This document shows, piece by piece, positions 10,076 to 22,772 of a DNA stretch of 64,000 bases. The stretch lies in contig CBDDDZ010000005.1 of NCBI GenBank assembly GCA_965226795.1, positions 320,001 to 384,000 on the forward strand. The letters are read 5' to 3'. Source of the stretch: Candidatus Latescibacterota bacterium. Lineage in GTDB: Bacteria > Latescibacterota > UBA2968 > GCA-2709665. The position numbers and the translations under genes are program-made. The notes beneath the pieces are model-generated. The model saw only the letters and a list, made by a program, of their open reading frames with translations. It was not told where the DNA came from and ran no database searches. Each line of letters starts with the position of its first letter. Positions within the stretch are counted from its first letter, which is position 1.

Positions 10076-13000
10076 TGCCGACTCGTTTCGCCTTACGGTC
10101 TGGGAGCGTTGTTCATTGTGACGATAGGTTTCATCCTCTACCCGTTATTGGCTGTCGACATCTTTGCCCAGGATGCGGAAGAACACCCGCCGTTCTGCGA
10201 ACCGATAGATTTCTCGCAGGAACAGCCTGAGGGTTCGGATGCTGCGGTGAAGCGGGCATTCAATCTGAACACGGGCGATCCACGCACGGTACGAGTGATT
10301 TACTTCGTGCCCAATGACCGTACGTTTTCCTCCACCGTGGAGGACTCGATAAAGAGGGCGGTACGGCAGGTCAGGACCTTTTTTGCCGACCAGATGAAGG
10401 CGTACGGCTTTGGTCTCGATGACATCAATATTGAAACCGGCGACGACGGCGAACCGCTGATCCACCGCGTCACGGGCCAGCATCCCAACGACCACTACGC
10501 CGACAATATGCACTCCGCTGTCTTCAGTGAGATCCGACAGAATTACGACACACAGGCGAACATCTATATCGCCTTTATCGACATCAGTCGCCTTTTCACT
10601 CAGATGGGCGGGAGGTGGGGAAAAATCGGCGGAGAGGCGTCGTTGCGAGCGGATTTCAAATGGCAGACATTGGCGCATGAGCTGGGACATACGTTCGGGC
10701 TGGAGCACGATTTTCGTAACGACACGTACGTGATGTCGTATGGCGACGAACAGGACAGTTTATCCGCATGTGCCGCACAGTTCATTTCCGTGCATCCATA
10801 CTTCAATACCGGGATAACAACTGAATGGACGGTTAGTCCCGCCGTCGAACTCATTTCATCACCTAAATTTCCACCGAACGCAGATAACATATCCGTTCAA
10901 TTCAAGGTGACGGATACTGACGGGCTTCACCAGTTGATCCTGTTTACCACGACGCCACACCTTAATTTTGGCGGCGGATTCCCTGAAGTGGAGGCATGGC
11001 GCGGTTTGGGGAAGAAACAGAATTCTGAGGTCGAGTTTGAGTACAGACGGGACATTGTGTCAACGACTTCTACTCCCACAAACCCTGTTCCGGAGGAGAT
11101 TCATGTCAACGCGGTGGACATGGATGGAAATGTCCGACGGGTATCGTACAACCTCGTGAGTATTTCGCCATATCATTACGCCACGCTTGAGGGGCATGCG
11201 GCCGGTGTCCTTTCGGTGACGTTTTCGCCCGACGCGAAGGTTGTGGCTTCTGCTTCAAATGATAATACGGTCAGACTGTGGGATGTAGCCACAGGCACGA
11301 CTGTCTCAACTCTTAATCACACGACGGATGTCACTTCGGTGTCGTTCTCGCCCGATGGGACGACCCTCGCTTCCGGGTCATCCGATGGCAATGTCCGCTT
11401 GTGGGCGGTTGCGACCGGCGAACACATCACCACACTTGAAGGACATACGGATGAAGTTTCGACGGTGACGTTTTCACCCGATGGGTCCACCCTCGCTTCC
11501 GGATCCTTCGACAACACCGTCAAACTACGGAAAGTTGGTACGGGAAAGACAATTTCCACACTCGTGGGCCATACGAATGGTGTGTTGTCGGTGTTGTTCG
11601 CCCCTAACGGGAAAGTTCTCACTTCCAGGTCATGGGACAATACGGTCAGGCTATGGGACGTGGCGACGGGCACGAATCTTGCCACCCTTCCGCATTCACA
11701 CCATGTCTCTTCGGTGTCGTTTTCGCCCGATGGATCCACTCTCGCTTCCGGGTCACACGATAACAACATCCGGTTGTGGGACGTTGCGACAGGAGAACTC
11801 GTCGACACCCTTGAAGGACACGCACAGGAAGTCTCTTCGGTGTCGTTTTCACCCGACGGGGCGACCCTTGCTTCCGGGTCAGCTGACAAAACGGTCAGGC
11901 TATGGCGAGTGGATACTGGAAAGGCTATCGCCATACTCGTTGGCCATGACCGTGGGGTTAGCAGGTTGTTGTTTTCACCTGATGGTACAATTCTCGCGTC
12001 CACGTCGTGGGACAATTCGGTGAGGATATGGGACGTGTCGACTGGCGAGAGTCTTGCCACCCTTCTCCATTCACGCACCGTCAATACAGTCTCTTTTTCT
12101 TCGGATGGGAGGTTCCTCGCTTCAGGGTCAGATGACAAGACGGTCGAGTTGTGGGATATGTCCGCGTGGGCGCGGCCCCGCGCACGAACCGTGACAAAAA
12201 TCTCCGGTGACAACCAGGAGGGTGTAGCCGGAGGCGCATTGACGAACCCACTGATCGTTGAAGTGCGAGACCAATACGGTGAACCCCTATCGGGCGCGCA
12301 AGTCACGTTTTCGATTATTGCGGGCGCTGGAAGCTTGAGCAGTGGATTTACGACCGAGAGTGCAACAACCGGTCCCGACGGACGGGCGCAGGTCCTCCTC
12401 ACCCTCGGTTCCAATCCCGGACCAAATACCGTCAGGACGTCCATCGCCGAACTCGAAGTGAAGACGTTTAACGCCGTGGGCCTTGGATCCCCTGTCGTCG
12501 CCGATAACGCCCTCGATTATCCCACGTGGCATCTGCCAAAAGGGGCCACCCTGCGTCTGGGTAAGGGCGCCATCGGCGAAAGCCACGGGGCGGCCGCTTT
12601 TTCTCCCGGAGGTAAGGTTCTCGCCGTGGCCAGCGCCATTGGCGTCTGGCTCTACACGGTCGAAGACCCGGCAAGAGTCACTCTGCTGCCCTCAGGCATC
12701 GTCCATTCGGTGTCCTTTACACCGGACGGCAGAAAGCTCGTCTCAGCGGGCGGGTGGTGGGAAGGGGCGGCGGTCAGGCTGTGGGACGTGGAAACACAAA
12801 CCTTTACACCCATTGTTGAGATAAAGGATATCGACCGCTATGCATCACTATCACCAGATGGTAGAACCCTCGCCTACAGCGTCTATGAGGGACGCTATTC
12901 TTGGACCATAAATCTATGGGATGTGGCCTCGGGCACTCTTGCGTCGACCCTGGGGAGGTATGACGGGGACATCCGTCCTAGGAGTCTGACGTTTTCGTCG

Positions 13001-15423
13001 AATGGAGCCACCCTCGCTTCCGGTCACGAGGACGGAAGGATCAGGCTGTGGGATGTGGAAACGCGTACTGTTACCGCCACCCTGGAGGGACATCATCGCT
13101 ATGTCGACTCCGTGGACTTTTCCCCGGATGGGAAAACCCTCGCCTCCGTTTCCGTTGACCGAACCGTCAGGCTGTGGGACGTAGCGTCGGGCACACAATC
13201 CGCTGTCCTCCCGGATCACTATTGCGGTGTTTCCAGCGTCGCGTTTTCTCCGGATGGCGCTATCCTCGTGTCCGGGGGATGGAACGGCAAAGTCATACTT
13301 TGGGACGCGACGACGGGGCGAAATATCGCCGAGTTCAATCGCCACACGGATCTGGTTCGCGCGGTTTCGTTCTCTCCGGATGGGACGGCTCTCGCCACCG
13401 CGTCTGAGGACGGTGACGTTAATCTTTGGGACGTGGCCACCGGAAATGCCACCACAATTTCAGGCCATACGAGCCACGTTTGGAACATGGTGTATTCACC
13501 AGACGGTGCGACGCTGGCTTCCCATTCCCTAGGTAACGCGGTATATATATGGGATGCCGCAGCCGGAAGACTGCGGGCAACACTCCGGGGACACGCTAGG
13601 AGTGTCAGGTCGATATCCCTTTCATCCGATGGGACGACCCTTGCTTCTGCATCGCACGACAGAACGGTCAGAATGTGGGACCTGCACACGCGCAGCACCG
13701 TCACCACGTTGCCACATACGTTTGAACTCGAATCGGTAACCTTTTCACCCGACGGGACGACCCTCGCTTCGGGCGATTATAAGGGAATGGTCCACCTCTG
13801 GAACGTGAACACGGAAGAGAAGATCCGCACGTTCACCGGCCTCAATGAATATGTTCGGACGCTGCTCTTTTCGCCGGATGGCGCCACACTAGCTGCCGGG
13901 ACGGACAACGGCGGGGTCAGGCTGTGGGACGTGGCGACGGGCACCACCATCCGCGACCTCGAAGGACACGAAAAATCGGTCCACGCCATGGCCTTTTCAC
14001 AGGACGGGGCAACACTCGCTACCATGACGTTCTCCTGATCGCAACGTTGGTTGGCACAGGCGACGATCTCGGCGGGGCTTACGTCCGTGCGTGTCGTGAT
14101 ATAGAAGAAATAACGGCATTCGTCGAACAGGACAAGGTCGCCCTTCATTTTGCTGATGTTCTTGCGCAGGACCACGACGCGATACACACGTTTACAGCGC
14201 GTGGGTTGGTAGTTGAACTCGGCCACGTGTTCGTGGTTGAGGACCAGGTTGGCGTAGGCCCGTTTGCGGACGATGCGCTGTTTCTCGTGGGGCTGATTGC
14301 GCTTCCGCTTCTGGTCGGTCACGGTGTGATAACGGGGTTTGCGTTGCAGGGGCTGCCATTGTGCCTCGTCGAGGGCCTCAGCACGGGAACGCATCGTCGC
14401 GTTGGCGTCCATCCCGAAGATGAAGTCGACGCTTTTGGCCCATCGATCAAAATGTCGGTCAAGGAAAAGTCGGTGTCGCCACGTACACAGAGGCGCTTGG
14501 CGTGGGGCTGCACCAGCGCCAAGGCCGCGTCGATCCAGGGTGCCGCACCGGTGTGGCTGGGCACATTCCCCGGTCGGTTGACCAGGAAGAGCACTTCCTT
14601 CGTGTTGGCCAGTGAGATCACCAGCGGATGGTAGCCCCAGACTGGTAAGAGATGTCCATACCCCTCTTGCGCTTTCCTCGCGACGGGCAAGTTAAGCGCC
14701 ACACTGTTAGAAGAGGTGTTCGAAAGTGTGGCATTCTCGCCCGACGGTACAATGTTCGCGACCGGTTCGCAGGATCAGCGGGTCAGGCTGTACGACATGC
14801 CCACGGGCGACATTATCGCTACCTTTGACGGGCACAATCACGTTGTCAAGAGCGTGATGTTTTCGCCCGACGGCAAGACGCTTGCATCTGGATCCAGCGA
14901 TGGTACGATCCTGCTGTGGGACCTGCAACGCCTTCATTCCGTGCCCCATATTTTGAAGGAGGTCTCCGGCATTGAGCAGAAAGGTCCGGCAGGGACGGTG
15001 TTAGCCCAGCCGTTTGTGGTCTCGGTGCGGGATGAGAATGGGGAACCGTACGCCGGCGCCACCGTCACCTTCGTCGTTACCGCTGGCGGCGGCGCGCTTT
15101 CCGTAACCGCGGACACCACCGATGCCAGCGGAAACGCCGCTACGACCCTGGCTTTGGGAACCCAGCCGGGGACAAACACCGTTGTCGCAACGGTCGCTGA
15201 TCTCGAGCCGGTGGCCTTCACTGCCATTGGCGAGGCCAACCCCGACTTTAATGGCGACGGTAAGGTTGGCTTTGGCGATTTTCTGCTATTTGCGGAGAGG
15301 TTCGGACTGAGTCAGAACGACGACGGATATGAAGCGCGATACGATCTGGACGCCAACGGCAAGGTGGGATTTTCGGACTTTCTGATTTTTGCAGGTGATT
15401 TTGGAAAGACCGCAGGGGAATAG
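10031..15423 (+). pseudogene. Metzincin-WD40-Ig-WD40-Ig-EF-hand protein (paralog 4), interrupted by an IS1380 fragment
   Basis: HELGHTFGLEH plus YVMSY Met-turn; Big_1-like ISGDNQEG..NPLIVEVRD. The WD40 frame breaks at about 14023 and resumes at about 14677 (LATGKLSATLLEEVFESVAFSPDG), running to the stop at 15423. Start may instead be 10061. Confidence 0.82.
14024..14676 (-). mobile_element. Internal, frameshifted IS1380-family (DDE_Tnp_1_4) transposase fragment
   Basis: Minus-strand peptides GMDISY / WGYHPLVISLANTKEVLFLVNRPGN..RGDTDFSLT / YFFYIT..ANQRCDQEN. No transposase N- or C-terminus and no terminal inverted repeats visible. Confidence 0.8.
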
Positions 15424-15638
15424 GCCGTTTTCAGATTGGAAATGATGAAGTAGTAAGAGGGGTAGTTCGTGCAGCCATACCGACTGGCGATTTCAATTCA
15501 CGGATGTTCGTTTTTTGTCGGGGCGGTTCGAGAACCGCCCGTGTTGCACGCGCCTGCCTGTAGCAACAGGAACCATCGTTGACCAAAATTGCATGTTGTA
15601 GTTTAGTGAGGGCGCTAATGGATCGCAGGAGACATGTA

Positions 15639-18600
15639 ATGCTCGCCGAGAAAGCGGGAGGAAGTCCGATGCGACGTTCCATTTGCGGACTAACTTCGCC
15701 CTACGGCATGGGAGCGTTGTTCATTGTGACGATAGGTTTCATCCTCTACTCGTTATTGGGCGTCGACGCCTTTGCCCAGAATGCGGACGAATACCCGCCG
15801 TTCTGCGAACCGATAGATTTCTCGCAGGAACAGCCTGAGGGTTCGGATGCTGCGGTGAAGCGGGCATTCAATCTGAACACGGGCGATCCACGCACGGTAC
15901 GAGTGATTTACTTCGTGCCCAATGACCGTACGTTTTCCTCCACCGTGGAGGACTCAATAAAGAGGGCGGTACGGCAGGTCAGGACCTTTTTTGCCGACCA
16001 GATGAAGGCGTACGGCTTTGGTCTCGATGACATCAATATTGAAACCGGCGACGACGGCGAACCGCTGATCCACCGCGTCACGGGCCAGCATCCCAACGAC
16101 CACTACGCCGACAATATGCACTCCGCTGTCTTCAGTGAGATCCGACAGAATTACGACACCCGTGCGAACATCTATGTCGCGTTTATCGACAATAGCCGCC
16201 GCTTTACACCGCGCGGAGGCAGAAACGGGAAAACAGGCGGAGAGGCGTCCATGCGCGTGGATTTCGACTGGCAGACGGTGGCGCATGAACTTGGACACGG
16301 GTTTGGCTTACACCACGATTTTCGAAATGATGCGTACGTCATGTCCTATAGCGATGAACCGGACAGTCTTTCGGCCTTGGCTGCAGAATTCCTTTCCGTG
16401 CATCCATACTTCAATCCCGGGATAACAACCGAATGGACTGGTAGTCCCGCGGTCGAACTCGTTTCATCTGCCAGATTTCAACCGAACGCGGAAGACATCA
16501 CCGTTCAATTCAAGGTGGCGGATACTGACGGGCTTCACCAGTTGATCCTGTTTGCTACGACGCCACTCATTAACTGGGGTGGGGGATTCCCTGAAGTGAA
16601 GGCGTGGCGCGGAATGGCGAAGGAGGCAAGTGCTGTCGTCAACTTCGAGTACGAACGCGATGCCGTGGGAATGATACAAAACCCTGATTTGGAAAAGATT
16701 CACGTCAACGCGGTGGACACGGATGGAAACGTCCGGCAGATTTCGTTCAATCTCGTGAGTATTTCGCCATACGCTCACGCCACATTTAAGGGGCATGCGA
16801 ACGGTGTCGTTTCTGTGTCGTTTTCGCCGGACGCAAAGATCGTGGCTTCCGGTTCATACGATAAAACAGTCAGACTGTGGGACGTCGCCACAGGCACGAC
16901 GGTCTCCACTCTTAATCATACGAGGAATGTCACTTCGGTGTCGTTCTCGCCCGACGGCTCCACCCTCGCTTCCGGGTCAAGCGCAGGGAACGTCTACCTT
17001 TGGGCGGTTGCGACCGGACAACACATCGCCACACTTGAAGGACACGCGGAAGAAGTGTTGTCCGTGACGTATTCACCCGATGGGTCGACTCTCGCTTCCT
17101 TGTCATCCGATGGCAATGTGCGGCTATGGGAAGTTGGTACGGGAAAGACCATCGCAACACTCGTGGGCCCCCCCATCGGTGTCGCGTCGGTGTTTTTCTC
17201 ACCGGAGGTGCTGTTCACCCCGGATGGAAAAATTCTTGCGTCCTGGTCGGGAGACAATACGTTGAGGCTATGGGACGTGGCGACGGGGGCCAGCCTCGCA
17301 ACCCTTACGCATACACACCTTGTCTCGTCGATGTCGTTTTCGGCCGACGGGACGACCCTCGCTTCCGGTTCATCCGACGGCAACGTCCGGCTGTGGGCGG
17401 TTGCGACGGGAGAACATATCCACACACTGGAAGGACATTCTGCGGCGGTCGCGTCGGTGTTGTTTTCGCCTGACGGGACGACCCTCGCTTCCGGTTCATC
17501 AGACAATACGGTCCGGCTATGGCGAGTTGACACGGGAAAGGCCGTCGCCTTGCTTGCAGGGCACGCGCAGGGTGTCTCATCGGTGTTGTTTTCACCCGAT
17601 GGAACCATACTTGCTTCCACGTCACGGGACAATACCGTGAATCTATGGGACGTTTCCACGGGCGCGAGTCTTGCCACCCTTCGGCATGCACACTTTGCCC
17701 CTTCGATGTCATTTTCGCCTGATGGTAGACTTCTCGCTACTTCGGATAACAAGACGGTCGAGCTGTGGGATTTGTCCGCATGGAACCTGCCGCGCGCGCA
17801 GACCGTGACGATCATTTCAGGTGACAACCAGGAAGGCGCAACCGGCGCCGCTTTGGCTAATCCGCTGATCGTTGAAGTACGAGACCAGTTCGGCGATCCC
17901 ATAGCGGGCGCGCAGGTCACGTTTACGGTCATCGCAGGCGATGGAAGCCTCAACACCGGTTTCACGACACAGAATGCCACAACCGGTCCGGACGGCAGGG
18001 TGCAGGTCCTCCTCACCCTCGGTCCCAATCCCGGTCCGAATGCCGTCAGGGCCTCTATCGCCGAACTCGAAGTGGAAACCTTCAACGCCGTGGGCCTTGG
18101 GTCCACCGTCATTGACGATAACGCCTTGGATTTTCCGAAATTGCATCTGCCGCGCGGGGCCTCCCTGCGCCTTGGAAAAGGCGCCATTGGCGAAAGCCAA
18201 AGGGCGGTTGCCTTTTCGCCTGATGGAAGGATTGTGGCCGTTGCAAGTGGTATCGGCGTATGGCTCTACACGGTCGAGGCCCCGGAAAGCCTCACCCTTC
18301 TTCCCTCAGGTGTCGTCCATTCGGTGTCCTTTTCACCGGATGGCAACACGCTTGTCTCATCCGGAGGTTCGGGGATCGAGGGCGAAGTCAGGCTATGGGA
18401 CCTGGCAACGGAAACCCATACCCGCATACCCATGCAAGAGGGTAATTTCGCCAATCTACTGCTATCACCGGATGGAAAAACCCTCGCCTACCATGGGGGC
18501 TATGCGACATTAAAGTTGCGTGATGTGACGTCGGGCGCTGGTGCGTGGACCCTGGGGACGTACGAAGCGCTTAAGACCGATCCTACATGTCTTACGTTTT

Positions 18601-20894
18601 TGCCGGGTGGGGCCACCTTCGCTTCCGGGCATAAGGACGGGACGATTCGGCTGTGGGACGTGGCATCGCGCACCATTACCACGACCCTGGAGGGACATCG
18701 TCGCTATATCGACTCCGTGTCCTTTTCTCCCGATGGGGGTACCCTTGCATCTGCTTCCGCTGACGGTACGGTCAAGTTGTGGGACATCGCGACGGGCACG
18801 TCGACCGTCACCATCCGCGATGCGTCGCAGCCGATTTGTACGGTGTTTTCGCCCGATGGTGCCCGCCTCGCTTCCGGCTGGTGGGATGGGAACGTCACTC
18901 TGTGGGACATTGCGACACGGCGAAATCTCGCCAAGTTCAATGACCATGGGGATAGGGTCCAGGCGGTTTCGTTCTCTCCACTCGGGAAGACTCTGGCCAC
19001 GGCATCTAAAGATGGAACCGTCAAACTCTGGGACCTGGCCACGGGGAACGCCACCACCCTTGCCGGCCATTCGGGACCCGTCTGGGGCATGGCGTTTTCA
19101 CCGGACGGCGCAGTTCTGGCTTCCCGTTTCAGTACATTTATGGGAAGGTTGCTAATTTGGGACGCGGCAAAAGGTCGGATGATCGCCGCCCTTGGAGAGC
19201 AACGATGCTCCCCTAACAGTTCGATTTCCATTTCTCCCGATGGGACGCTCGTGGCTACGGCATCGCAGGACAGGACGGTCACAATATGGGACCTGGAAGA
19301 CCTAAGCACAGTCGCCACGTTACCGCACGCATCTAACGTCACGTCGGTATCCTTTTCACCCAACGGGACTACCCTTGCGTCGGGTGATACCGAAAGAACG
19401 GTGTACCTCTGGGAAACGAAGACCGGAACGAAGCTCAACTCAATGACCGGCCTCAATCATCACGTTACAAGTCTGCTCTTCTCCGGCAATGGGGCCTCTC
19501 TCGCCGCGGGAACGTACGGCGGAGACATCAGGCTGTGGGACATAGCGACGGGCGTCACCATCCGCGACCTCAAAGGACACTCGGGCCGGGTTCTCTCCAT
19601 GGCTTTTTTACAGGACGGGGCAACCATGGCCACCGGTTCGTATTCCGGATCGGTAAAGCTATGGGACATTGCGACGGGCTCAACCACCACGACGTTCGAG
19701 GGAAAGTCAAATCAATGCGTGGCATTTTCCCCCGACGGGACGATGTTCGCCACATCGCAGAATAAATCGGTGAAGCTGTACGACATGTCCACGGGCGACA
19801 CTATCGCTTCCTTTGAAGGACACGACAATTTCGTCACTAGCGTCTCATTTGCGCCCGACGGACGAACGCTCGCGTCAGGATCTTATGATGGCACGATGCT
19901 ACTGTGGGACCTGCGACGCCCGCATTCCGTCCCCCATGTTGTGAAGGGGGTCTCGGGCATTGAGCAGAAAGCCCCGGCAGGGACGGTGTTGGCCCAGCCG
20001 TTTGTGGTCACGGTGCGGGATGAGAATGGGAAACCTTACGGGGGTGTCGCTGTCACCTTTGTCGTTACTGCCGGCGGCGGCACGCTTTCGGTAACCACCG
20101 ACACGACCGATGCCGACGGAAACGCCGCCACGACCCTGACATTGGGAACCCAGCCGGGGACAAACACCGTTGTCGCACGGGTCGCCGATCTCAAGCCGGT
20201 CGCCTTTACCGCCATCGGACAGGCCGTCCCCCATGTTGTGAAGGGGGTCTCGGGCATTGAGCAGAAAGCCCCGGCAGGGACGGTGTTGGCCCAGCCGTTT
20301 GTGGTCACGGTGCGGGATGAGAATGGGAAACCTTACGGGGGTGTCGCTGTCACCTTTGTCGTTACTGCCGGCGGCGGCACGCTTTCGGTAACCACCGACA
20401 CGACCGATGCCGACGGAAACGCCGCCACGACCCTGACATTGGGAACCCAGCCGGGGACAAACACCGTTGTCGCACGGGTCGCTGATCTCAAGCAGGTGGC
20501 CTTTACCGCCATCGGACAGGCCGTCCCCCATGTTGTGAAGGGGGTCTCGCATTGAGCAGAAAGCCCCGGCAGGGACGGTGTTGGCCCAGCCGTTTGTGCG
20601 TCACGGTGCGGGATGAGAATGGGGCTTTGGCGTCACGGTGCGGGATGAGAATGGGGAACCTTACGCCGGCGCCGTTGTCACCTTCGTGGTTACCGCCGGC
20701 GGCGGTAACCTTTCCGTAACCACCGACATTTTCAGGTGGCCTTTACTATTCGCGGAGATTGGCTTTGGCGGTTCGGACTGAGCCAGGACGACGAAGGATA
20801 TGAAGCTCGGTACGATCTGGACGCCAACGGCGCCATCGGATTTTCGGACTTCCTGATATTTGCGAGTAAATTCGGGAAGACCATGGGGAGTTAG
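15639..20894 (+). CDS. Metzincin-WD40-Ig-WD40-(Ig)n-EF-hand protein (paralog 5); 3' end frameshifted or garbled after 20549
   Basis: HELGHGFGLHH; ORF open to 20555. The remnant tail FGLSQDDEGYEARYDLDANGAIGFSDFLIFASKFG ends at TAG 20892-20894. Confidence 0.8.
19927..20730 (+). repeat. 297-bp tandem repeat of an Ig-like (Big_1) domain: two near-identical copies and one degenerate
   Basis: Units start at 19927, 20224 and 20521. Confidence 0.9.
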
Positions 20895-21005
20895 GCTATT
20901 TTGAAGTTGGATATTACGATTTTCGTGGAGGCGTGTTTCGGAATGTTCCGGAAAGTCTCTGCCGGATCTCGTTGTTGATTGAAAATGTCGCCCCGCACGC
21001 CTCGC

Positions 21006-21995
21006 TCAAGCGCAAACCGGGTCGTCCACCTTCCAGCGATTGTACGTAGGATCCTCACTCCGGGCCAGTCTGCTTCTCGCCTCGTGCCACAACCTCGCCC
21101 ACGCTTCCGGATCGTGCAACTCGTTTTGCGGATTTGAGCGGCTGCGCGCGACGAACCCCGGAAATGATCCCCGACCCGTCGGCTGGCCGATGGGGTTATA
21201 CCGCAGGTCGAAACTCCATCGAATATTTTCGCTCCGGTTCGGAAGCGAGGAATGGCAGTTCAGCCGGTGGAAGAACAACGCGTCGCCGCGTTTCATCGGC
21301 AGCGGCACACCATCTCCTTGGCGCAGAAGCCAATCTGGAACGTGAAGCCCGAATCCTCGCGACATCGCCCCGCTCGTGTGGCAGTGATGTAGCAGTCCCT
21401 CTCGATGGCTTCCGGGTATGACCTCCAGACAGCCGTTCTCGATTGTGGCATCCCAGAGGCCGAACCACACGGTCAGCATATTCGTTTCATCGGCTTCCGG
21501 CCTCACAACGCCCGTATCCTGGTGCCACGGCGTGGCGCCAAGCTGGGCGTGCCCCGTTGTTTCGTTGACCGGGCACAGGTGCTCCGGCGGTTTAAGGCGG
21601 ACGTGCTGCACGGGGTTGGAATAAATCTCGGGCCCGATCAGGGATTCCACGGCGTCCAGTAGCTTCTCGTTACGCAAAAGCCGGAAAACCGCCGGCCCCA
21701 CCCACATCGGCGTGTCCGCCCGAACGTTCTTCTGCGGCAGCGAAAAGTCGAAATACTGGGCGTGAACCTTACCGGACTCCGCGTAAATCCGCGTCAGCCG
21801 ATCGCTGAACGGGAGGTCTCCATACGTTGAGGAGATCTCCCCGCTTTCGTACAGTTCATCGGCAAGCCGATCCAGAACGCCGGCGTACTCCTCGATCACC
21901 GGATCGAGATCCTGCTCGGGGTCGAAAAGACCTTCCACCACCAGGTACCCCTGTTCCTCGATTCGCGCCAACTGTTCCTCGGTCAGATGTGCCAT
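21006..21995 (-). CDS. Phytanoyl-CoA dioxygenase (PhyH) family protein
   Basis: Motifs TPWHQD, NGCLEVIPGSH, H..SLPNRS..RWSFDLRY. Confidence 0.9.
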   Translation of the reverse strand: MAHLTEEQLARIEEQGYLVVEGLFDPEQDLDPVIEEYAGVLDRLADELYESGEISSTYGDLPFSDRLTRIYAESGKVHAQYFDFSLPQKNVRADTPMWVGPAVFRLLRNEKLLDAVESLIGPEIYSNPVQHVRLKPPEHLCPVNETTGHAQLGATPWHQDTGVVRPEADETNMLTVWFGLWDATIENGCLEVIPGSHREGLLHHCHTSGAMSRGFGLHVPDWLLRQGDGVPLPMKRGDALFFHRLNCHSSLPNRSENIRWSFDLRYNPIGQPTGRGSFPGFVARSRSNPQNELHDPEAWARLWHEARSRLARSEDPTYNRWKVDDPVCA

Positions 21996-22076
21996 TTGTC
22001 CAGATTCCTTATTATAGCGTCCAGTGTCGAGGGTGCACCGTGCCGTGACTTGTGCGTTAGCTCTGCTCGCGTTCGT

Positions 22077-22385
22077 TCATCCAACATGGATCAAGTCCGA
22101 TTCGCTTTCAAGGAATGACGCCAGGTCGGTATCTGCATCCAGGTCGATAAGGTCCGCGGACCGCGTGAGTTCCAGGAGCAATTTGCCCTGGAGCTTGTAA
22201 AACATGTTTGCCGGGCAACCCTTGACAGCGAAGTCGATATCCGATCGCGAGGAATTGCTCCCTTCTGCAACAGAGCCGAAAAGGTAGACGGCTTTACATC
22301 CTCCAGCTTTCAATATGTTTATTCCCCGATCCACGTCTTTCCGCATCACGTCTGATACACCTTCAATATCTGCACTTGTTGCCAT
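22077..22385 (-). CDS. Minimal nucleotidyltransferase (MNT antitoxin-like), apparently orphan
   Basis: VYLFGS..SDIDFAV motif; the overlapping downstream ORF (ATGA) stops after 7 codons. Confidence 0.85.
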   Translation of the reverse strand: MATSADIEGVSDVMRKDVDRGINILKAGGCKAVYLFGSVAEGSNSSRSDIDFAVKGCPANMFYKLQGKLLLELTRSADLIDLDADTDLASFLESESDLIHVG

Positions 22386-22678
22386 CTTTCGTTCCTTTTC
22401 TTGACCATTCGTCGCTCGATCTCTCTACGGGCGTGATTTCACATCCGAGACGACCCACGAAGATACGCTCGCGTCTGGCTGATAATTTATCACGTTTGCC
22501 TTAACGTCGCAATATAAATGGGACGAGAAAGGGAACCGGCATCTCCAGTGGCGGGTCCTCTGTCCTTTGTACACACTAACGAAATCACCCGATGTAGGGG
22601 CAACCCTTGTGGTTGCCCGCTGTGTACCAGAAATCCTGCGTCCGCACTGCTGCACCTGTTGCCTCATGACCGACGACC

Positions 22679-22740
22679 GTCGCATTTTGCGATACTGCTA
22701 TTGACGGCGGTCATATGCGTTTTTTGTAGAGGCGGTTCAC
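22679..22740 (+). repeat. 62-bp imperfect direct repeat (partner 37159-37220) ending in a REP-like arm
   Basis: Ungapped alignment with 7 mismatches. Confidence 0.85.
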
Positions 22741-22772
22741 GGACCGCCCGCGCGGGGTGGCGGATGAAGTGT

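Noticed and set aside
3053..20552. Many antisense and alternate-frame ORFs with repeated PSGEN motifs
   Set aside because: They are shadows of the WD40 FSPDG repeats on the opposite strand.
3034..20894. Diversity-generating retroelement as the source of WD40 variation
   Set aside because: No reverse transcriptase, and the differences are not adenine-specific.
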